Notes: generated by a model not told the origin, from the sequence alone. A stretch of 64,000 nt of DNA from Candidatus Gastranaerophilales bacterium HUM_12 (GCA_002102825.1 DABJ01000027.1:36373-100372), one strand, 5' to 3'; counted from the first letter of the stretch, positions 19,762 to 30,841 are shown. Numbers and translations: made by a program.

Positions 19762-22350
19762 TCATTTTGTAACTATAGACAATATATAATTGTCGTTAAA
19801 GTATTTATTTGCAACTTCAATGATATCTGAATCTGTCACACTGTTAATAAGTTGTTCGTATTTGTCTTTGAATTCATAGCCTCTTGTAGATGCTTCGTAC
19901 CAACCAAGATTTGATGCTTTATCAAGGTTTGTTTCAAGACCGATTACGTAGTTGCCTAAGAGTTTATCTTTTGCATCTTTTAATTCTTTATCGCCCACAT
20001 ATTCTGTTTTTAGACGTTTGATTTCTTCAAACAATCCTTGTTTAGATTTTTCAAGTGTTTCCGGATTCGTTCCAATATATAACAAGAAGCTTCCTCTGAG
20101 AATATTTGGGGAGTAACTTGTACCTAGTTGGTAAGCTAATCCTTCTTGCTCTCTCAGGTCTTTGAATAGTCTTGAACTCATTCCTGTTCCTAGGATTGAA
20201 TCAATAACTTGCAATGTCGCATAATCTTTTTTGTTCAAAACACCATTTGTTTGCCAACCAAGCATAATCCATGCCGTTTGAGTTTGTGGCATATTTTGAA
20301 TTGTTTTACGTGGAGCTGAGACAGTTGGAATTTTTGAGGAATATGTTTGATAATCGAATTTTTTGCCATTCTCTTTTTTAGGGAAAATTTTATTTAATTC
20401 TTGAATTGTTTTATCTTTATCAACATTTCCGTTTATAGAAATTACCATATTTTCAGGATTAAACACATTATTATAGTATTCAACCATTTCTTCTTTTGAT
20501 ATGTTTGGAATATTTTTTTCTAAAACTTTAGACGAAATTGAATATGGTGTGTTTTGATAAATTAAATCTCTATATTCTTCAATTGCTCTTTGGATTGGAA
20601 TATCTTTATTCCTTTTTATTGAACTCATTTTGTCGGATTTAACTTTTTCTATTTCAAAGTTATCGAAAGTTGCATTATTTACAACTTCATTCAAAAGTTC
20701 TAATGTCTTGACATATTCATCTTTTGTTGTTAGGACTGAAATTGCAAAGGCATCAGCGCTTGCAACAGGTGCAATTTTTATTCCATTATCTTCTAAAATT
20801 TGAGAAAGTTCTAGTGATGAATAATTTTTAGTTCCTTTCATCATTAATGATGCGACAAGGTTTGCTGTTCCATGAGTTTTTTCTAATAGCTGTCCCCCTT
20901 TTGCATATATACTGATTGCGATAATATCATTTGATGAATTTGGGGTATAAAGTAACGTTGCACCGTCAGATAATTTGTATTTTTGAGATTGTGAATTTTC
21001 ACTCACTAATTCTGCACTTCCTGTATCTCTTTTTATATTTGCAACAGGAACATTTTTAGCACTTTCCGGAAGAACTATTGAAATTGCACTTTTGTTTTCG
21101 CCTAAATATTTATCTGCCGCTTTTTTTACATCATCTTTTGTAACTGCTTTGATATTTGTAAGATAGTTATCATAAAATTTGATATCATTTGTCAAAGCCA
21201 TTGTGTAGCCGATTTCTGTTGCAATGTTTGTAATTGATTCTCTAGAATAGAATGTACTTCTTTCGATTATATTTTTGGCAAGACTGAGTTGTTCATCTGT
21301 GATACCGTTTGTTTGAATTTTTTTGATTTCATCAAAGATTGTATCTTGAACTACTTTGCATTTTTCTGGTTCAAAGTTCGCTGAAATGTAAAAAATTCCA
21401 TCATCACGGTATGTGGAATTCCCTGCATCAACTGAGAATGCAATTCTTTTCTTTTCTTTCATTACTTGATTTAATACTGATGATCTCCCATCACCTAAAA
21501 TTGTAGCAAGAACATCCAAAGCATAAGAGTCTTTATCTTCTATAGGTGTGCCTCTAAACCCTACAAGCATGTAACCTGATTCGGTGTTTGGTAGATATTC
21601 AACTTTTTTTACTTGTTTTGTTAATTGTTCTTCTTTGGGGTACACATTTTTTATTTGTTTTTTATATCCAGCATTAAAATCTTCTTTAATTTTTGAAATT
21701 GCATGTTCTGGGGCAACATCACCAATTACGATTGTAATCATATTTGATGGAGAGTAGTGAGCATTATAAAAACTAAGAATTTGGTCACGTGTAATTGTTT
21801 CAATTACATCACTTCTTCCGATAACTCTTCTTTTGTACGGGTGATTTGTGTACATCATATCATTAAGGTTATCTTGGAGAATTTTTGATGGTGCATTCAA
21901 GTCTTTGCTAATTTCTTCTAATACAACTTTTCTTTCTTTTTCCATTTCATTTCGAGGAATAAGCGGGTGCATCATCATATCAGCATGTAAATCCATTGCT
22001 AAGTCAAAATCCTTAGATGGAATTGTTACATAATAATGTGTAAAATCTTTACTTGTTGCGGCATTTGTTATTGCTCCTTTTGTTTCAAGAATTTTGTCAA
22101 ATTCCCCTGGGGCATGATTTGATGTTCCTTTGAAGAATAAATGTTCTAAAAAGTGTGCTACACCATTGTTAGAATCATCTTCATCAATTGAGCCTGTTTT
22201 AATCCAAGTGTCAATTGTTACAATTGGATTACTTTTAACTTGTTGGATAACTACGGTTTGTCCGTTATCAAGTTTGTATGTTTGAGCACTTGCACCCCAA
22301 ACAATGTTTCCACAAATCATTATTGCTGCAACCAGTATAAATTTTTTCAT
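19762..22350 (-). CDS. M16 (pitrilysin/insulinase) family zinc peptidase, two fused M16 units, secreted
   Basis: HFLEHLFFKGT (HxxEH inverted zincin) in the N-terminal unit and a second non-catalytic M16 unit. N-terminal signal peptide. Confidence 0.85.
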   Translation of the reverse strand: MKKFILVAAIMICGNIVWGASAQTYKLDNGQTVVIQQVKSNPIVTIDTWIKTGSIDEDDSNNGVAHFLEHLFFKGTSNHAPGEFDKILETKGAITNAATSKDFTHYYVTIPSKDFDLAMDLHADMMMHPLIPRNEMEKERKVVLEEISKDLNAPSKILQDNLNDMMYTNHPYKRRVIGRSDVIETITRDQILSFYNAHYSPSNMITIVIGDVAPEHAISKIKEDFNAGYKKQIKNVYPKEEQLTKQVKKVEYLPNTESGYMLVGFRGTPIEDKDSYALDVLATILGDGRSSVLNQVMKEKKRIAFSVDAGNSTYRDDGIFYISANFEPEKCKVVQDTIFDEIKKIQTNGITDEQLSLAKNIIERSTFYSRESITNIATEIGYTMALTNDIKFYDNYLTNIKAVTKDDVKKAADKYLGENKSAISIVLPESAKNVPVANIKRDTGSAELVSENSQSQKYKLSDGATLLYTPNSSNDIIAISIYAKGGQLLEKTHGTANLVASLMMKGTKNYSSLELSQILEDNGIKIAPVASADAFAISVLTTKDEYVKTLELLNEVVNNATFDNFEIEKVKSDKMSSIKRNKDIPIQRAIEEYRDLIYQNTPYSISSKVLEKNIPNISKEEMVEYYNNVFNPENMVISINGNVDKDKTIQELNKIFPKKENGKKFDYQTYSSKIPTVSAPRKTIQNMPQTQTAWIMLGWQTNGVLNKKDYATLQVIDSILGTGMSSRLFKDLREQEGLAYQLGTSYSPNILRGSFLLYIGTNPETLEKSKQGLFEEIKRLKTEYVGDKELKDAKDKLLGNYVIGLETNLDKASNLGWYEASTRGYEFKDKYEQLINSVTDSDIIEVANKYFNDNYILSIVTK

Positions 22351-22421
22351 TATAAAACCTCTCTTTTGAAATAATTATATAATAAAACCGTTAAAAAGAT
22401 ATCCCTTATGAGATTAGCTTT

Positions 22422-23195
22422 TTAGGTAATAGGCATTTCTTGTAAGATGTCGGTTGATTTGAATTTTTTAGGTGATTTTAGAGAAATGTATTCTTTCAAA
22501 GCTTCAAAAGTTACAGCACAAACTTTTTCATTTGCTTTTGTTTCAAATTCTCCTTTTTCATCAAAATCATTAATTGCCATTTGTTTAAAGAAATCTCTCA
22601 ATTTATAAGGCATTTGTTTTTTTAAATAGTGAACTTCTTCTGCGCAATCTTTACAAATAATTCCTCCTAAATTTGGTACAAAGTACATTGTTTCTTCCCC
22701 AATTTTGTCGTGGCAACATAGACAAGAGTCAAGTTCAATAGAAAAACCTGATTCAATCATCATTTTTAGTTGAAATTTAATAACTGCAATCATTATTTCA
22801 ACTTTTGAGTTTGAAGTTGAAATTGCATTTAGAGTTTTATATAAAAGGTTATAAATAAGCTCAGAGCTGGGGTCTTCTTCAAGTCCAAAATTATTAACAA
22901 CTTCTGTTACATACATAGAGTAAAATATTTTATCAATATCTTGTCTTGTTTTGTTAAAAGTATTTAGAACTTCTGCTTGGCAAATTGTATCAAGGTTTTT
23001 CCCTTTGTGTAACATCAATGTGTTTGCGACAAGCAAATCCATGCGAGCACCTAACTTACTCTTGGGCTTTTTTACTCCCTTAGCTACTCCCCTGATTAGT
23101 CCTTTGTCTTTTGAATACATAACAATAATTTTGTCTGATTCACTCAAATTGTAGGACTTTAGATTAATTGCGTCTGTTACAAAATTATTTTGCAT
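22422..23195 (-). CDS. recO: DNA repair protein RecO
   Basis: N-terminal OB-fold block IIVMYSKDKGLIRGVAKGVKKPKSKLG and a central CLCCH...CKDC zinc finger. Confidence 0.8.
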   Translation of the reverse strand: MQNNFVTDAINLKSYNLSESDKIIVMYSKDKGLIRGVAKGVKKPKSKLGARMDLLVANTLMLHKGKNLDTICQAEVLNTFNKTRQDIDKIFYSMYVTEVVNNFGLEEDPSSELIYNLLYKTLNAISTSNSKVEIMIAVIKFQLKMMIESGFSIELDSCLCCHDKIGEETMYFVPNLGGIICKDCAEEVHYLKKQMPYKLRDFFKQMAINDFDEKGEFETKANEKVCAVTFEALKEYISLKSPKKFKSTDILQEMPIT

Positions 23196-23234
23196 TGTCC
23201 CTTTATATTAAAATACTATATAATTGCAAAAATT

Positions 23235-24344
23235 CTATGCAATTGTTTTGTTCATGCCGGTTCCTCGGTAAATACCTCTCATAAGTTGTTCAAGTTCAGA
23301 TCTGTTATCAGAATATTCAAGGGCAACTTCTTTGGTAATTTTGTTTTCATTATACAACTTATATAATGACATGTTCATTGTTGTCATATTGTTAAATGAA
23401 CCATTCTTAACAAGTTCATAGATTTGTTCAAGCTCATCTTTTTGAATAAAGTCTTTAACCGTTGGAGTTACAACAAGAATTTCTGTCGCAGGAAGTCTTG
23501 AACCTCCCTCTGCTGCAGGTACAAGTTTTTGAGAGATTGTACCCCTTAAAGTGTTTGCGATTTGGCTTCTAACGAAAGGTCTTTCATTAGGGTCAAATAA
23601 GTTGATAATTCTGGCAACTGTTTGAACAGAGTCGTTTGTGTGGATTGTTGATACAACAAGGTGACCTGTTTCAGCTGCTTTAAGAGCTGATTCAACTGTT
23701 TCTCTGTCACGAATTTCACCGATGAAGATAACATCTGGGTCTTGTCTCAAAGCGTATTTAACACCATCTGAGAATGATGGAGTATCAATAAGCAATTGTC
23801 TTTGAGAAACGATTGATTTTTTGTTTGAGAAAATAAATTCGACAGGGTCTTCAATTGTAACAATGTGTTTTGATGATGATGCGTTGATGTAATCAATCAA
23901 AGATGCAATTGTTGTTGATTTACCTGATCCTGTAGGACCGGTTACAAGAACCAATCCGTTGTTAAATTTGGCGAATTCTTCTAATGTTTTAGGTAGATAT
24001 AATTCCTCAAAAGTCTTGATATAATAAGGAATTGCACGAATAACCATCGCAGTTTTACCAAGTTGCCTACTCATATTGATACGGAAACGAGAACACCCTG
24101 GAATTTCATAAGAAAAGTCGATATCAAAGAATCTTGTAATTCTGTCTTTCAAGTGTTGAGGAGCAACTGTTCTGATAACAAATTCCATGTCTTCACTTGT
24201 TAAAGGAGGAAGATTAATCCTCATGATTTGTCCAGAAACCCTAATAGCAGGTCTTTCTCCCTCGCAGATGTGAGCATCTGAAGCTCCAACTGATACTGCT
24301 TGTCTTAAAAAATCTTCTATATAAAAATCGTTATTTGCGCTCAT
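23235..24344 (-). CDS. pilT: type IV pilus retraction ATPase PilT
   Basis: Walker A GPTGSGKSTT, Asp box/Walker B DPDVIFIGEIRD and His box TGHLVVSTIHT. Confidence 0.9.
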   Translation of the reverse strand: MSANNDFYIEDFLRQAVSVGASDAHICEGERPAIRVSGQIMRINLPPLTSEDMEFVIRTVAPQHLKDRITRFFDIDFSYEIPGCSRFRINMSRQLGKTAMVIRAIPYYIKTFEELYLPKTLEEFAKFNNGLVLVTGPTGSGKSTTIASLIDYINASSSKHIVTIEDPVEFIFSNKKSIVSQRQLLIDTPSFSDGVKYALRQDPDVIFIGEIRDRETVESALKAAETGHLVVSTIHTNDSVQTVARIINLFDPNERPFVRSQIANTLRGTISQKLVPAAEGGSRLPATEILVVTPTVKDFIQKDELEQIYELVKNGSFNNMTTMNMSLYKLYNENKITKEVALEYSDNRSELEQLMRGIYRGTGMNKTIA

Positions 24345-24435
24345 ACAGTCCTCTTAATTTAACATAATACAGTATATCATTTTTTTTAGTTTTGCACAAG
24401 TTTATTGTGCATGGTATCATTCAGATGTTGGAATT

Positions 24436-26832
24436 ATGATAAATATTGAAAATATTAGGGATACACTGCAAAATAAAAATTTTGTGATGTTTTTGACGTC
24501 GTTAATTTTTATTGCAGGGGTTAGTTCATATTTTTATGGACCGGCAATTCTTTTTGCTGCTATAGTTACAGTTGGATTGCTTACTTGTTTGTATTTGAAT
24601 TTGTTTAGCTTTAAGAGAGTATTATTTTTAATATTTGTTTTTTATTTTGGATTTTTTATAAGTTTTGTTAAAATAAAAAATTATGATGATTTGTTACCGC
24701 TTGCACCATTAAATACAACTTTTACCGGACGAATTGTCAGTATTCCGAATTCTCCGGAAAAAGATAAAGTAAGATTTTTTATGCAAGTTGATAATGTCGC
24801 AGGAAAAAATGTTGCAGGAAAAACTTTTGTTACAATCTCTACGAATCCAGAAGTTATTGAGCTGTTAAACATTGGAGAAAAAATTTCAATAAATGGAAAT
24901 TTAAGAAGACCATTTTCAGCTTCAAATCCCTCACAATTTGATTATAGTGTGTATCTTAGAAATTTTAATGCTTTTACTGTTTTATATTCTAATGGTGAGG
25001 GGTTGAAGTTTTTAGAAGATAAACCGTCTGTAAAATGGAAATTTTTGCAGAGATTAAATGATACTAGAAATAAAATTCTAAAAACTCATTCAAAATTTTT
25101 GAAAAGTCCAAATCTTGAAATCCTTGGTGGAATTGTCTTTGGTGATGATGCTGTTGCACCTCCAGATTATATAAAAACATCTTTTATCAATTCCGGCTTG
25201 TTACACATTTTAGCGGCTTCTGGCATGAATGTGGCATTTATTTTTTCGTTTTGGTTTGTAATATTAAGATTTTTAAGGATTCCTTATAAGCCAAGAATTT
25301 TGTCAGGCATGCTCTTAATCGTTCTCTATACATTAATGACAGGGCTTGGACCGTCTGTAGTTCGTGCTGCATTGATGTTGCTGTTTGTTTTGACCGGAAA
25401 ATTATTAGATAGGGATACTCATAGTGTTTCGCTTCTATCTTTAGTTGCAGTGTTGATGCTGATTTATAACCCTGCATATTTGAATAATGTAAGTTTTCAA
25501 CTATCATTCCTTGTGACTTTTGGTTTAATTACAACTGCAACGATTTTTTCTCAAAAATTGGATAAAGTTCCAGATTGGTTGAAAGCACCTATTCTTATAC
25601 CATTAGTCGCTCAAATATGGATTGCTCCAATTCAAATGTTTTATTTTAATACGTTTAGTTTATATTCAATATTTGCGAATATTTCAACTGTGTGTTTATT
25701 AAGTGTGATAAGTTTTTGTGGTTTTGTAAGTTCGGTTATTTCAGTAATTACTCCTCTTGCAGATATTACATGCAGGATTTTTGATTTTGGTTTAAATTAT
25801 CTTTTGAATATCTTAGTTTGGATTTCAGATTTCTTTGCAAATCTTCCGCATTGTGTATTACAAACAACTCATCCTAATTTGTTACAATTACTATTTTATT
25901 ATTCTGTTTTGTTAACGGTAACATTTCTTGTCAAATATGAAAAATATAAAGAGTCCATACTTGTTACGATAATTGGGGTGGTAATAATTCTCGGAACAAC
26001 TATTCGTCCGGTTTCGCATAAATTAGAAATTATTGCATTTGATGTGCAAAATGCGGACTCATTTCTTATTAAGACACCACAAAATAAGTATTTTTTTATT
26101 GATACCGGTAAAGCTCCTTATAAAAGTGGAAATTCGCAAGCAAAAATTATAATGCTTAAATACTTGAAAGACCGAGGAATTAAGGATTTAGAAGGGGTAA
26201 TTGTTACCCATTTTGATAATGACCATTCCGGTGGAACTGTTGATTTTATTGAAAATACGAATATAAAAACTTTGTATCTTAATTCAACAGAAAAAGAAAC
26301 TCAAACTGCAAAGGATATTTTTAATGCGGTTAAAAAATTAAAACAAAATGTTAGAATTGTGAAAAATGAAGACATCATTTATTTTGAACCTAATTTAACC
26401 TTAAAAACATATAAAGCAAACATTGGTGGAAAAAATCGAAGCAATGAATGTTCAACTGTCATTTTATTGAGTTATGGGAAATTTGATATGCTATTTATGG
26501 GTGATGCCGGTGTTACGTCTTTCAGTCAGTTACAAAAAGATATTCCTCATAATGTAGAAGTTCTAAAAGTTGGTCATCATGGTGGTCCGAGAGTTGTTGA
26601 TTCTCAAATGTTAGAACATCTCGGGAATAGAGTATCACTGATTTCTACCGGTATAAATTATTTTGGGCACCCCAATAAAGGAACTATAGATATTTTGCGC
26701 AATACGGATATTTTAAGAACGGATTTGCTTAATTCTATAAAAATTATGACTGAAGGCAATGAATACAAAATTTATTCTTATGATACCCATGATAAAAGAT
26801 ATCAATTCCGAGAAAATTTTTATTCAAAATGA
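24436..26832 (+). CDS. comEC: DNA internalisation competence protein ComEC/Rec2
   Basis: Polytopic competence domain followed by a C-terminal metallo-beta-lactamase domain (THFDNDHSGG, GDAG, VGHHG). Confidence 0.9.
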   Translation: MINIENIRDTLQNKNFVMFLTSLIFIAGVSSYFYGPAILFAAIVTVGLLTCLYLNLFSFKRVLFLIFVFYFGFFISFVKIKNYDDLLPLAPLNTTFTGRIVSIPNSPEKDKVRFFMQVDNVAGKNVAGKTFVTISTNPEVIELLNIGEKISINGNLRRPFSASNPSQFDYSVYLRNFNAFTVLYSNGEGLKFLEDKPSVKWKFLQRLNDTRNKILKTHSKFLKSPNLEILGGIVFGDDAVAPPDYIKTSFINSGLLHILAASGMNVAFIFSFWFVILRFLRIPYKPRILSGMLLIVLYTLMTGLGPSVVRAALMLLFVLTGKLLDRDTHSVSLLSLVAVLMLIYNPAYLNNVSFQLSFLVTFGLITTATIFSQKLDKVPDWLKAPILIPLVAQIWIAPIQMFYFNTFSLYSIFANISTVCLLSVISFCGFVSSVISVITPLADITCRIFDFGLNYLLNILVWISDFFANLPHCVLQTTHPNLLQLLFYYSVLLTVTFLVKYEKYKESILVTIIGVVIILGTTIRPVSHKLEIIAFDVQNADSFLIKTPQNKYFFIDTGKAPYKSGNSQAKIIMLKYLKDRGIKDLEGVIVTHFDNDHSGGTVDFIENTNIKTLYLNSTEKETQTAKDIFNAVKKLKQNVRIVKNEDIIYFEPNLTLKTYKANIGGKNRSNECSTVILLSYGKFDMLFMGDAGVTSFSQLQKDIPHNVEVLKVGHHGGPRVVDSQMLEHLGNRVSLISTGINYFGHPNKGTIDILRNTDILRTDLLNSIKIMTEGNEYKIYSYDTHDKRYQFRENFYSK

Positions 26833-27081
26833 TATTAGAAAAACATTAAAACTTGACATAATTATCGTAAATTTTACACTAATTGTTAAGCAACTCAAAT
26901 CCCCTCATATCAAGTGTTTTGTAGGTTGTAAAAATCTCAAAAAGTAACCTAGGGGTTGAAATTTTAAATTTTTGTAATATAATGGGTGTATAAAACATTC
27001 GAAAAAACGAAAGTCTTATAAAAACGTAAGAGCAAAAAGTAGTTTTTGAGAATTTTCAATTTACAACTAGAGGATTACATT

Positions 27082-27765
27082 TTGAAAAAATTATTACTAT
27101 TCACTATTGCATTAGTGTTCATGTGTTGTACACAAGTGCAGGCGGCCAATGTAAATACAGTAAAGGCAGCGATAGTAAAACATTCTATCGAAATGGGTGT
27201 AGATCCAGCAATTACACTTAGTATTGCGAAAACAGAATCAGGTTTTAGACACGAAGCAAGAAGTTCTCACGGTGCTGTAGGTGTCTTTCAACTTATGCCT
27301 TCCACTGCAAGAAGAATGGGATTAAACCCATATTCTCTTGATGATAACATCAAAGGTGGAATCATGTATTACAAGTCAATGTACAAAATGTTTGGATCAA
27401 TGGAATTAGCTTTAGCAGCTTATAATGCAGGTCCTGCAAATGTTAAAAAATATCGTGCAGTTCCTCCTTATAAGGAAACAAAAAGATTTGTAGCCGGTAT
27501 TATGTCTGATTACAATCATTTTAAAGCTCATCCAGATCCTGCAATGATTGCAGTTAAAAAACCAACACCGGTTGCTAACCGTACTGTAGTTGCAGTTCAA
27601 ACTCCAAAGGTTCCGGCAGGTGCAGCTAAGATGGTTGCTAAAGCTCCAGTGAAGTCAGCTCCATTACCGGTTTCTAGATTTGAAGAAGCTAGAAAGGTTA
27701 ACGCTCAAATGATTAAAGCAATGCCTATGGAAGGTGAACTTAAATCTCAATCAGTTGCAATTTAA
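27082..27765 (+). CDS. soluble lytic transglycosylase (SLT/GH23 domain) with signal peptide
   Basis: AKTESGFRH (catalytic Glu-Ser), GVFQLMPSTA and AAYNAGPANV. Likely TTG start at 27082 after AGGA; the ORF-track start at 27046 adds a non-signal leader. Confidence 0.85.
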   Translation: MKKLLLFTIALVFMCCTQVQAANVNTVKAAIVKHSIEMGVDPAITLSIAKTESGFRHEARSSHGAVGVFQLMPSTARRMGLNPYSLDDNIKGGIMYYKSMYKMFGSMELALAAYNAGPANVKKYRAVPPYKETKRFVAGIMSDYNHFKAHPDPAMIAVKKPTPVANRTVVAVQTPKVPAGAAKMVAKAPVKSAPLPVSRFEEARKVNAQMIKAMPMEGELKSQSVAI

Positions 27766-27786
27766 TTTTTGGTTATGAATGTTAAA

Positions 27787-27819
27787 AATAGATGAGCCTT
27801 ATGACTCATCTATTTTTTT
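27787..27819 (+). terminator. intrinsic terminator
   Basis: AATAGATGAG-8 nt-CTCATCTATT followed by a T-run. Confidence 0.75.
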
Positions 27820-28071
27820 ATCAAATGTTTATGTTTTATTATAATTTTGTACCTTAAAAATACGGCAAAGCCTTGTTTAATAATATATTGTAAAAAATAT
27901 TTTAGTAAATTAATCTCAAAAATTTCTTATTTTTATTCTGTTAATATTTGTAAAATTATTCACTAGGACTAGTTAAATAGTATTATATTTTTTACCCATT
28001 TGTGGTATATATAAATTGTACATAAATGAATTATATTATATTTATTATAGTTCAGTAGATTGGAGGAAAAA

Positions 28072-29796
28072 ATGGCAGTAGGTCAATTCGTTTTTATGTT
28101 ACACAGTCACCTACCTTACTATAGAAAAGCAGGCATGTGGCCGTTCGGTGAAGAAAACCTTTATGAATGTATGGCAGAAACATACGTTCCGCTTCTTAAT
28201 GCAATTTCAGAATTATATGATGAAGGCATAAAAGCGAAATTAACTGTAGGTATTACACCTATTTTGGCTGAACAGTTGAATGATGAACACTTGAAACAAG
28301 GGTTTGTTGAATACTTAGATTCCAGAATTAAAAGTGTATCTAAAGATTTGGACAGATATCCTGATCCAAAAGTTCCTCATTCTCAACATTTGAAATATTT
28401 AGCAAAATATTACTTTGATTGGTTTAACAATATTAAAGATTCTTTTGTTAACAAATATCATATGGATTTGATTTCAGCATTCAAGAAGTTCCAAGATTTG
28501 GGATGTATAGAAATCACAACTTCCGGTGCTACACACGGTTTTTCTCCATTACTTGCAACAGATAACAATTTAAATGCTCAATTCAAAATTGGTTCTGATA
28601 CAACAAAAAGATTATTTGGCAAAAAGGCAAAAGGTTGTTGGTTGCCAGAATGTGCATATCGTCAAGGTTATGAATATATTGGTAAAGATGGTCAAAAACA
28701 TTGGAGACCGGCGATTGAGGTTACTCTTCAAAACAATGACATTGAATACTTCTTTACAGAATCTCATGTTATTGAGGGTGGAAATTCAATCGGTTGTCGC
28801 CGTGTAGTTGGTGTTTACGGAAATATTGAATATATTCCATTACCTGATAGGGAACCAACCGGGTATGATACATATTCTGCTTACTGGTTACCTGATGCAC
28901 AGGTTGCTGTTATGGGTAGGAATGACAGAGCTGGTTACCAAGTTTGGTCTGCTGCTGATGGTTACCCAGGAGATGGTTGTTTCAGGGAATTCCACAAAAA
29001 AGATGACAAATCCGGTATGAATTATTGGAGAATTACTTCACCTAAAACTGATTTAGGGGATAAAATGCTTTATGACCCGGTTTTGGCATTGAATAAAATT
29101 AATGAAAATTCGGATCATTATACTACAATGCTTTACCACTTGTTGAATGACTACAAAAATTCTCACAACGGTAAAGAAGGCTTGATTATGGTATCATTTG
29201 ACACCGAGTTATTCGGGCACTGGTGGTTTGAGGGTATTGAATTTATTAAACAAGTTATTAAAAAGTTTAATCAATATCTTCCACAAGTTGAAAGAATGAC
29301 TGCAGGTGAATATTTGCATGCTCACCCTCCTACAGAAGCAATTCAAATTCCGGAATCTTCTTGGGGACAAGGTGGACACTTCTATGTATGGAATAACCAC
29401 TTAACTGAATGGATGTGGCCGATTATCCACTCTTGTGAAAAACGTATTACATCTATTGCAGATAAATATCCAAATATTCCAGATGATAAATTATTGCATA
29501 GAGCATTGAATCAATTAGCTAGAGAAAATCTACTATTGCAAAGTTCAGATTGGCCATTCTTGATTACCACATGGCAGGCTAAAGACTATGCAACAGACAG
29601 ATTTAGAGAACATGTTGATAGATTTGAAGAGATTGCTGACATGATTGAAAGCGGCAATATTGATAATGCTGAATTGGAAAAAATTGAAAGCATTGATAAC
29701 TGCTTCCCTGTGATTGATTATCGTGTATATCAATCAATTGAAGAAGGTGTAATTCCGCAACAATCTAAAAAGTTAGCACCTTTATATAAAGATTAG
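28072..29796 (+). CDS. GH57 family 1,4-alpha-glucan branching enzyme
   Basis: N-terminal FMLHSHLPYY, WLPECAY and ELFGHWWFEG blocks typical of GH57. GGAGG RBS before the ATG at 28072. Confidence 0.85.
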   Translation: MAVGQFVFMLHSHLPYYRKAGMWPFGEENLYECMAETYVPLLNAISELYDEGIKAKLTVGITPILAEQLNDEHLKQGFVEYLDSRIKSVSKDLDRYPDPKVPHSQHLKYLAKYYFDWFNNIKDSFVNKYHMDLISAFKKFQDLGCIEITTSGATHGFSPLLATDNNLNAQFKIGSDTTKRLFGKKAKGCWLPECAYRQGYEYIGKDGQKHWRPAIEVTLQNNDIEYFFTESHVIEGGNSIGCRRVVGVYGNIEYIPLPDREPTGYDTYSAYWLPDAQVAVMGRNDRAGYQVWSAADGYPGDGCFREFHKKDDKSGMNYWRITSPKTDLGDKMLYDPVLALNKINENSDHYTTMLYHLLNDYKNSHNGKEGLIMVSFDTELFGHWWFEGIEFIKQVIKKFNQYLPQVERMTAGEYLHAHPPTEAIQIPESSWGQGGHFYVWNNHLTEWMWPIIHSCEKRITSIADKYPNIPDDKLLHRALNQLARENLLLQSSDWPFLITTWQAKDYATDRFREHVDRFEEIADMIESGNIDNAELEKIESIDNCFPVIDYRVYQSIEEGVIPQQSKKLAPLYKD

Positions 29797-29826
29797 ACAT
29801 AAATAATATTTTACAATTCATTTTAC

Positions 29827-29853
29827 AAGCCTTAGCTCAAAAAGCCAAGGCTT
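29827..29853. terminator. hairpin between convergent genes
   Basis: AAGCCTT...AAGGCTT 7-bp stem followed by TTTTATTTT. Confidence 0.5.
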
Positions 29854-29854
29854 T

Positions 29855-30706
29855 TTATTTTAAATCAAGAAATTTTCGGTTTTTGTTTGGGTAAATAAGT
29901 TGCGGATATTTATTTATTATCTTTTCTAAGTCTTCATTACTAATAGGAATTTCTTTTGCAGGTTCGTAAATAGTTTTTTTGATCCCTTTTACTCTAAAGA
30001 ATTTACCTCTTGTGTTTCTGTAATCTCGAAGCATGTTTTCGGCAAAATCACATTTTCCACTCCACGCATCAACAATGATTGATTTTGGGTGAAAATATCC
30101 TTTTTCAATTGGAACATTAGGTGGATTTATAAGACAAACTGAATGGTCTATTTTCTTTTCTTTTCCATTTACGAGATTGTACATGTGAATTCTAGACACA
30201 TTTTTAACCCCATTCAATTTAAGAACAATTTCGGAAAGCATTGCATCTTCCAGACAATTACCTATTTTTTCTTTCTCTAAGTAACTAAGCATTTCCATTG
30301 TTGGAGAATCTTTTTTAAGGTTTTCTTTTTTAAAACAGTTTTTTCTGAGTCCTATCAATTGATAAATTTTGTCATAAATATGTTTTTTTATTTTGAATTT
30401 CTTTTTATTTTCTTTAGAGAGGAATAAGTAATGGACGAAATCTTCAACTTTTTCTAACATCGTTTTGGAAGAACGACGTTTGTTAATTGTGGGTGTTTGT
30501 TCAAGTAAATCCATTACTTGTCCAAGATTGTTAGGACGGGTAGAACATAAATTATTGCTTTTCAAATAAGAAATGATACCCTCTTGATGTTTAGTTGTCG
30601 AGAAGTGTGGGAATGTTGAATTGACAATGTGAGAAACCCATTGAGCATCTTTGATTTGAGAACAACGGGAGGTAAAACTTTGACTTGTTGTGTTTCTAAG
30701 TTCCAT
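29855..30706 (-). CDS. orphan protein with transglutaminase-like/BTLCP-like Cys-His-Asp arrangement; N-terminal SQSFTS tag
   Basis: IGNCLEDAML (compare the GDCEDYA nucleophile block), IDHSVCLI and IIVDAWSG in the order and spacing of a papain/transglutaminase-like triad. Confidence 0.45.
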   Translation of the reverse strand: MELRNTTSQSFTSRCSQIKDAQWVSHIVNSTFPHFSTTKHQEGIISYLKSNNLCSTRPNNLGQVMDLLEQTPTINKRRSSKTMLEKVEDFVHYLFLSKENKKKFKIKKHIYDKIYQLIGLRKNCFKKENLKKDSPTMEMLSYLEKEKIGNCLEDAMLSEIVLKLNGVKNVSRIHMYNLVNGKEKKIDHSVCLINPPNVPIEKGYFHPKSIIVDAWSGKCDFAENMLRDYRNTRGKFFRVKGIKKTIYEPAKEIPISNEDLEKIINKYPQLIYPNKNRKFLDLK

Positions 30707-30792
30707 AGATTGATAAAGAAAGCTAAAAATAATAATTGATTGAATTTGCGACTATATTTACAAATATTAATGAAAATTTTTCAAAAAAGTTC

Positions 30793-30820
30793 TTGCAATT
30801 TTTTTTTTAGCACATATAAT
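30793..30820 (+). promoter_or_regulatory. sigma70-like promoter of tRNA-Asp
   Basis: TTGCAA at 30793-30798, 16-nt spacer, TATAAT at 30815-30820, about 20 nt before the tRNA 5' end. Confidence 0.5.
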
Positions 30821-30841
30821 AAAGAAGTAGCCAAAACATCT

